In this document: in pieces, positions 48,926-55,449 of the stretch
Numbering within the stretch: the first letter of the stretch is position 1
Layout of the letters: every line of letters begins with the position of its first letter
Source: Prorocentrum cordatum
Taxonomy: Eukaryota
Reading direction: 5' to 3'
NCBI GenBank assembly: GCA_963575745.1
Contig: CAUYUJ010000157.1
Coordinates: forward strand, 62,001 to 117,449
DNA: 55,449 bases
Notes under the pieces: generated by a model
Seen by the model: only the letters and a program-made list of their open reading frames with translations
Database searches by the model: none
Told to the model about the DNA's origin: nothing
Position numbers and translations under genes: made by a program

Positions 48926-51234
48926 AACTACTATTAATGGGAACGCTAATAGCAGTAGTGGTGGGAAACGGGATCGCAACAATAACAAACATCGCAGTCG
49001 GAGAAGGAAGTGGAACAACAGCGGGCCGTGGCAACGGGGAAAGGCAGTGGACAGAGGGGTAACCCCACCAGCCCTTTAGGGCGTGAGTTGTTCAGAGTGT
49101 TTCCTCGTCCATCTTCCCTCCTCCCCTTGGGGGGAGGGTTTGCGCCTTCCTCGCCTCCCCCTACCCCCCCACCCCTGGGTCTAGACGGGAGGTTCTGCGA
49201 ATTGTCAGATGGTCTGCTTTGGCCTCGGCGACAAAGCCAACATCACTGATGTGTCCACGGGTTTGGCCACATGTTGGCCTCCTGGGGGAGAGGCAACGCT
49301 AATTGAGGAGCCCCCTCCGATAGTCAATCTTCTCCAAGACGGCCCCCGAGGCCCCCAAAGGGTGCCCCAATACTGCCCCAAAAGGTGCACAGGAGGCCCC
49401 AACAGGTCCCCTAAGAGGCCCCCAAGATGCGGCCAAGAGGCGCCCAATAGACCCCCAAGAGCCCCCCGGGAGGGGCTCAATATGCCCCAAGAGGCATTGG
49501 CGACAAGGCCAACAGCATTGATCTTACTATGCTGTTGGCCACAGTTTGGCCTCATGTGGGGTGGGTGGGGGGGGAGGCAACGCGCATTGGAAGCTCCCCC
49601 ATTCTTTGATCGATCCCATTCGAGAAAGATGGCTCCAGGTGGCCCCCGAGGCCCGCAAGGGTGCTCCAGGGGACCCCCAGGTGCCCAGGACGCCCCAAGA
49701 AAATCAAAAGGGGCCCCCCAACATGCCCCCCAAACAACACGAAATTTCGACGGGTTGGCGTGGCCATCTGCCGTTCCAACTCGTTGGAGCCCGCGGCGTG
49801 CGTTTCGGGCTCCATCAGTGGACGGCTCACAGGCGTGCGACAGTCCGTCGCCCGATGTGAATTGCGATCCTTTCGTTTAGCATGCTGGGTAGCGTCTGGC
49901 AGTGCTCTGTGAGTGACTGAGTGTGACGCTGTGGCGACGGGCTGGTACGCTCGACGTTATGAGCACCCGCAGGGCACCGATGCCGGCCTTTGGGCACACA
50001 CCTTGCTGCTGGTGGACGACAGGAGGGTCAGCGCTTTTCGTTCACGCCCATCATGGTGCAGACTAAGTGGTCGCCAAGTCGTCGCCCCGGTGGGTGATCA
50101 CAGGCAAGGCAGCAGCGATGTCATCGCAGGAGCAGCTGCAAAAGCGGTTCGCCTTCCGACGTCGGTTCGGCAGCTAGTTCTGTTGCAGGAGCGGAGGGCC
50201 CGACCTGTGCGGCTCAGGCTTCTCCGTGCCACTTTGGATGCGACGGAGGCGGATGCCGCCCTGGGGCCTGGAGAAAAAACAGGAACGCCTTCCCCCCTCG
50301 TCCTCCTTCTGCTGCTTCGCTCTCCCTCTTCTCATCCTCACACTGTCTGGATGACTCTGGTAGGAAGTGCACGCGTTGCGGCGGATCGGCCTCCAGGGCC
50401 ACTGCCACTGAGTGGCGTAATAGCTCATGTCTTCAGCCCCTTCACCATGACAGGTCAATCCTGTATAACCCCCCCAAGCTAGGCTGCACATAGCGGCGGG
50501 GTAGGTGCATCAGTCTCATGGCATGCAGTATCACACCCGACTTAAGCGTTTGTATCGTCGCGCGTGCGGGTATTCTGCCACCCGTCAAGTGTGCAATTTT
50601 GGTAGGCAGTGTCTTGGCACCTGTCGGATTACCCCCAATCGTGTGGAATATCTTGACAAGATCAGCCGAGGGTTATAGCCCAAGGTGTTGACAACTACCG
50701 AGGAGAGGTGACGAGGCCGTCTCTGATTCATGCAATCATGCCACAATGTGCATGATACGCGTCATGTTGGCATGTGTTGACCCTGTCATTTGGTCACACT
50801 CGTACTTATCCTCATACTCATCCTCATCCTCATCCTCATCCTCATTCTCCTTCTCTTCCTCCTCGACTTTCTCTTTCTCCTCCTCCTCCTCCTCCTCCTC
50901 CTCCTCCTCCTCCTCCTCCTCCTCCTCGTCCTGCCCCCTCCGCCTCAACCAGGGGCCTCCTGCCTTCTCGTGGGGCCTCCCGGGGCCTCCTGCTGCCTCC
51001 TGAGGCCTCCCGGGGCCTCCTGGAGCCTCCTCGCGCCGCTGGTGTGCTCCTCCTCGTCCTCCTCCTCCTCCTCCTCCTCCTCCTCCTACCTCCTCCTCCT
51101 CCTCCTCCTCCTCCCCCTCCCCTCCCTCCCTCCCTCCCTCCTCCCTCCTCCTCCTCATCCTCCTCATCCTCCTCCTCCTCCTCCTCCTCCCTCCTCCTCG
51201 TCCTCCTGCTCACGCTCGAGACGTCCTCAACATG

Positions 51235-51712
51235 CATGCCCCAGGGACCCACAAGTGACGACAGATACAGGTCTGGGGGTGCTCCGCCCGGATGAGTAAC
51301 GGGAGCCAGCGGCCCCATAGGGAGGGGGCGCCTTCTGGGGACCTCTCCTCGCAATTCACGCAGAGACGAGGCTCCCGCCCGAGACGTTCTACAGCTCTCC
51401 AGATTCATGCCCCAGGAGCTCCGGAGAAAGGACACATAAAAATGTTGGATGCCTCGCTGGGATTACTGACTTGACCCGGCGGCCGCATAGGGAGGGGGCT
51501 CCCGCTCGACATTTCCTCGCAAGTCACTCGGAGACGAGGCTCCCGCTCGAGACAGACGTCCTCCTGATTCATGCCTCGGGGGCCCCGAAGTGACAAATAC
51601 AGGTTTGGGATGGCCCTTTAACATCAGCCGGCGGCAGCATAGCGAGGGGGCAACCGCTCGAGACGCCCTCGCAGTTCACTCAGAGACCAGGCTACCGCTC
51701 GAGACTTCGTCA
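51235..51712. repeat. Diverged tandem repeat, ~160-175-bp unit, 3 copies
   Basis: CATAGGGAGGGGGC...CCTCGCAAxTCACxCxGAGACGAGGCTCCCGCxCGAGAC near 51316, 51486 and 51638. Confidence 0.75.
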
Positions 51713-52022
51713 AGATGAATATGTGAATGCTTGAATGAGGTTGTGGGTGCACGCGAGTGGGTGGGTCCGTTAGTGCGATGATGATGATGAATCATGATGA
51801 TGATTGTGATGATGACAACCGGTGATCGTGATGGGATTGTTGTGAGACGGATGGTGGTACGATCATGGTGATGATGATGACGATGATGATGATTATCATT
51901 ATTATGATGATGCTAATGATGGTGATGGTGGTGGTGATGATGGTGATGGTGATGGTGGGTGTGAAAACATGGCGTGGTGATGATGACGACCGATGGTCAT
52001 GATGAGATGGTGATGGTGATGG

Positions 52023-52083
<61 letters not shown>

Positions 52084-53246
52084 AACGGTGTGTTATTGAT
52101 GCTGAGTGTGAAATGAGGAGGGGAAGAAAGGGAAATCTGTTGTCCTGCGAGGGGGTGTCCAGAGAAAACAAGAACCCAAGTTGGGATGTGGGGGGGTGAT
52201 CAGGAAAGTAGCGGGTGGGCGACAACCGGGGAGCAAGCGCATCTACACAATCGAATGCTGCTTCTGCGTCCGAGCGGCTCGGCCCTGGCCTCCGACTCGG
52301 GAAAGGCTTACCGTGCTCCCACGTCCCCATCGCCCCGTCCCTCCTGCTCGCCCCCGCTTCCCTCCCCCCCTGTCCCACGAATACCCGGACAGCACATCCT
52401 CGCCACGGCGATGCCCCGCCGCGCCCAGGGCGGACATGCAACCTCGAAGGTTACCCCGCCGTGCTCACGGGCGCGGCCGAGCACACCTGCTGCCTTGGAT
52501 CGGAGGGACAACAGGTTCAACATAGATTCGAGCCTTTACACATTCGAAGGGGATTCTGGATCGCCCCCGCGCCCCCGACATCGATGTTGATCGCAGTAAA
52601 GGCGGTGCTTTGGGGCTCGGATGTTTCAGTCCACTCGCGCCCCCCCCCGTCGCCACGCCATCAATGTTGATTTCGGGGGGTCTGGTGGGCATCTTGGGCC
52701 ACAGGGTTCGAATATAATGTCCATGCACGGGAGGCCGGTTGAGACAGCGGCGACCTGGTCAGAATCGGCCCCCCGAGCACTCCCGGGGTGCAAGCTGATC
52801 AGTTTGTCTAGCTGCGTTCGGCTGCGACTTGAGCAGGGACCCACCGCCCCAGCATTCCTATAGTCCTGCCACGAAATGTTCTTAGAACCCAACATGTTCC
52901 AATAACAATAACAATGTTCTTCGAACGGTAGCCCGATGTCTTAAACCAAGACAGCCTCACGACAGGTTCTTCGAACATTCTTCGGTGGGCCTATGGGCGA
53001 GCCAGGGCGCTTCGCCGCTGCTTGAGCGACGGCGTGGAGGCCTCCCGAAGGCCGAGAGCGAGGACTCGATGAGGGCCGCCGATGTCTCAACTGGCCCTCC
53101 TCCGACTGGGCGCGCCGCCCCGGCGGGCCCGCTCCCGAGGAGCGGCACGCCCGCGCCAGGCGCGCGCGGAGGACGCGGCGCCCGTGGCTGGCGGCGCCCA
53201 GAGCAGCGAGCGGCGGGGAGCGCGAGGGACTGACCCCTTGCGCTCA

Positions 53247-53641
53247 TCGGGGGCAGCCATGAGGGGGGCGCCCAAGAGGGGGGGTGCAAATCACGGCCGG
53301 CGGCATGTGCGCCAGGCCTCGGAAAAAAAAAACAGCGAACACTCACGCCACGTTCATCCGTCAACGCCTCCCCCTCCCCCCACTGTTCAAAGTTGGCGGT
53401 GGGTCTGATGAGCTGCACCTCGACCGCGGTCTCCCCCGCGCGTGCCAACCTTGAGCTCGGGGGGTATGGGGGGGGTGTTCCACAATTGTCTCCCTCCACC
53501 GCCGGCCCACGCGGGGGGGGGGGGGCAGGGACGCAATCAAACAAGAGGAGGCGCCACGAAATCTGAAGAAATATCATGGCCCACGCCATGAGATCCCCCC
53601 CCACCCCCCCATAGTCATCACCCCCCTCTTGGCCGCCCCCA
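53247..53641. mobile_element. Longer relative of the 29987-30180 MITE
   Basis: Same termini and subterminal blocks (CAAATCAxGGCxGGCGGCAxGTGCGC; AATATCAxGGCCCACGCCATGA) with a larger interior; no clear TSD. Confidence 0.65.
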
Positions 53642-54338
53642 GTAGCTTGGCGTGCCGCGGCGGCGGCCCGAGCGAGACGCCCCGTGCCCTGCAAACTTCT
53701 ACGTAGAGTGCCGCTCTGCTCCTCAAAAAATAAGACTCGAGGCGCGGGCGCTCGGGAGCCGGGACCTGGCTCGCGCGTCGCACCGAAGCGCGGTGGGCCC
53801 CCGCCCGAAGGACACAGGAGCCGCCGAACGCGCTCCGGTATCCCCCCCCCAGATGTTGCCGCCCTGCGCGCAACAGACAGAGTGCCCCGCGCTGCCGCCT
53901 AGCGCGCAACGCGGGAGCCGGCGGCGCGACACTCGGAGCCAAAGTCCGGGACCGCAGAGGCGGGGTAGGGCCGGCGGTGGGGTCGGAAGGCGGCCCCTCG
54001 CGGAACGGCCCGCGGCGGGGGGGGGGGCGCGAGCACCCAGCAGGGCCCGCTCCGCGAAGCCGCCTCGGGACGGCCCCCCTCCGGCCAGCCCACGGCCCAG
54101 GTGCCCTGGATCTGGCCGGCGCCGGCGCGGCCGCTCCCCACCGCGCCGGCCGCAGCATCCCCGACGTGGCGAGAGCCGGCCGATGCACTCGCGCGCGGTG
54201 CCCACGCGCGAGCGGAGCAGGCAGGGCACCTCCCGTCGGCAGCAGCGGGCTCCCCTCTGCGGCTCGAGCGAGGCGGGTGCAGCCGCGGAGGGGCCGTGCG
54301 GGGGCAGGGGCAGCGAGGCGGGCCGCGGCAGCTCGTGC

Positions 54339-54413
54339 CTTGAAGTGCTTCTCCTCGTACAGGCGGTCGCCCACGGCCAGGCAGTTCGCCGTGTTGGTGC
54401 CGCTGATGAACTC
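54339..54413 (-). CDS. CHC: Clathrin heavy chain, first internal exon in window (75 nt): EFISGTNTANCLAVGDRLYEEKHFK
   Basis: Resembles the clathrin heavy chain leg segment (recalled human [24 protein letters not shown]). AG acceptor at 54415-54414, GC donor at 54338-54337; joins the next exon in frame. Confidence 0.92.
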
Positions 54414-55449
54414 CTCGGGGGGGGAGGAGGAGGAGGCGTGGGGGGCGGAGGCAGGGCGCGGAGGGAGGAGCGGCGGCATCGACGTGCACCAGCTTTCGGG
54501 AGGTCCGCGCGGGCTTCCAGGATCCGGTGCGGGAGCCCCTCCCTGGAGCGCGAGGCGCGCCGGGGGCTGCGCCGCAGGCGCCGCCAGCGGGGGGATCCAG
54601 CACCGACTCAGGAGGTCCGCGCGAAGATCCGAGAGTTCATACAACAAGTATTTGTGAAGCGCTCTTCTTCTTCATTGCTCGTGTCATTCACACTCCGATT
54701 CGTCTCAGTCGAAGGTGAGGTCCCGACGCGGGTCGCCCGACTCCACGCCCCGCGCTGCGCGGGCAGCGCGCATCTTCCCGCCTTCGCGCCGCCTTCTGCA
54801 GGAGATCAGTTGTCCGACTCAGACCGCGACGCGAGATCGACTTCGCGCACTCTGCGGCTGGTCTGGGCGACACGCAGCACTGACCACCCGCGCGCACACC
54901 ACCGCCGCCATCGAAGCCGACTGGGGAAGAAACCCAACAGGCGAACGACCTCAGGAAGTCCTGCAGCGATTATGAGGGCTGGTCATTGTGCTTAGAGCCA
55001 CCTTGCTTCTTGCTATCCTTCCCTCCTCCCTCCTGGGGGGCAGAGTTGAAATCGAGGGGAAGCTGCCAGTGTGCTGTGGGGGGAACCTTCTAGGAAGGCA
55101 GGAGGCCTCTCGGAAGGGATGTAGAAGAACCAGCAATCGACAGAAATCCTCGGAGGTCCGCGCGGATTTCTTGGATCGGCGCTGGACCCACCTCCCTGGT
55201 GCGCGGAGCGCCTCAGGGGTGGCGCCGGCGGCGCCGTCAGCTGGGGCCCAGCGCCGATCCAAGAAAATACGAGCCGACTTCCGAAAGTGTCGATGCTCAC
55301 GCAGATTTCTGTTGTTCGATTCCTTGGGGTGTGGATCGGAGCCCTCCCCGGGATGCTCCCTCGAGGACGGGGGGGTGCTTTGGAGAGGCGGCGTCGGGGA
55401 GGCCCGCCTTCTTGAAGGCCGCCCCCCTCGGAGGAGGGGGACAAGAAGG

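Noticed and set aside
49880..50730. Unique-looking sequence that might be a gene or transposon remnant
   Set aside because: No identifiable motifs in any frame.
52100..52950. Possible very old endonuclease fragment on the minus strand (YWNMLG, GADSD, ARVD)
   Set aside because: Motifs are too degenerate and their spacing is unconvincing; an HMM search would be needed.
54414..55449. The preceding clathrin exon (expected ...AYAKT.RL.E.E)
   Set aside because: Not found in the remaining 1 kb; it presumably lies beyond the window.

Overview
Eukaryotic, GC-rich, microsatellite-laden genomic DNA, inferred to be from a core dinoflagellate (Prorocentrum-like) because of dinoflagellate spliced-leader (DinoSL) relics and exclusively GC/GA splice donors. 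The window lies inside one minus-strand clathrin heavy chain gene: eight 52-109 nt exons (about 580 coding nt) splice in frame across 1.8-16.5 kb introns, and the ORF track shows them only as fragments. The introns hold five APE-type non-LTR retrotransposons (LINEs), all co-oriented with the host gene. One has an intact endonuclease-RT-zinc-knuckle ORF2 with a CADD catalytic motif; another is a full-length but decayed RNase H-bearing element. The main observation is that all three LINEs retaining their 5' end start at a near-complete 22-nt DinoSL (2317-2340, 23317-23338 with a second decayed copy in tandem, 44932-44953), while the two 5'-truncated ones have none. This suggests LINE RNAs are trans-spliced and retroposed with their leader, and may be released from host pre-mRNA without needing their own promoter (inference). 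Also present: a ~160-bp MITE with perfect 8-bp TSDs that has expanded into a satellite whose spacers look like the TSD, several other MITEs and palindromes, minisatellites, and long (GAG)/(CAT)/(TAG)/(GTC)/(ATAC) arrays. Most long ORFs in the track are repeat artefacts. All homology calls are by eye; no searches were run.
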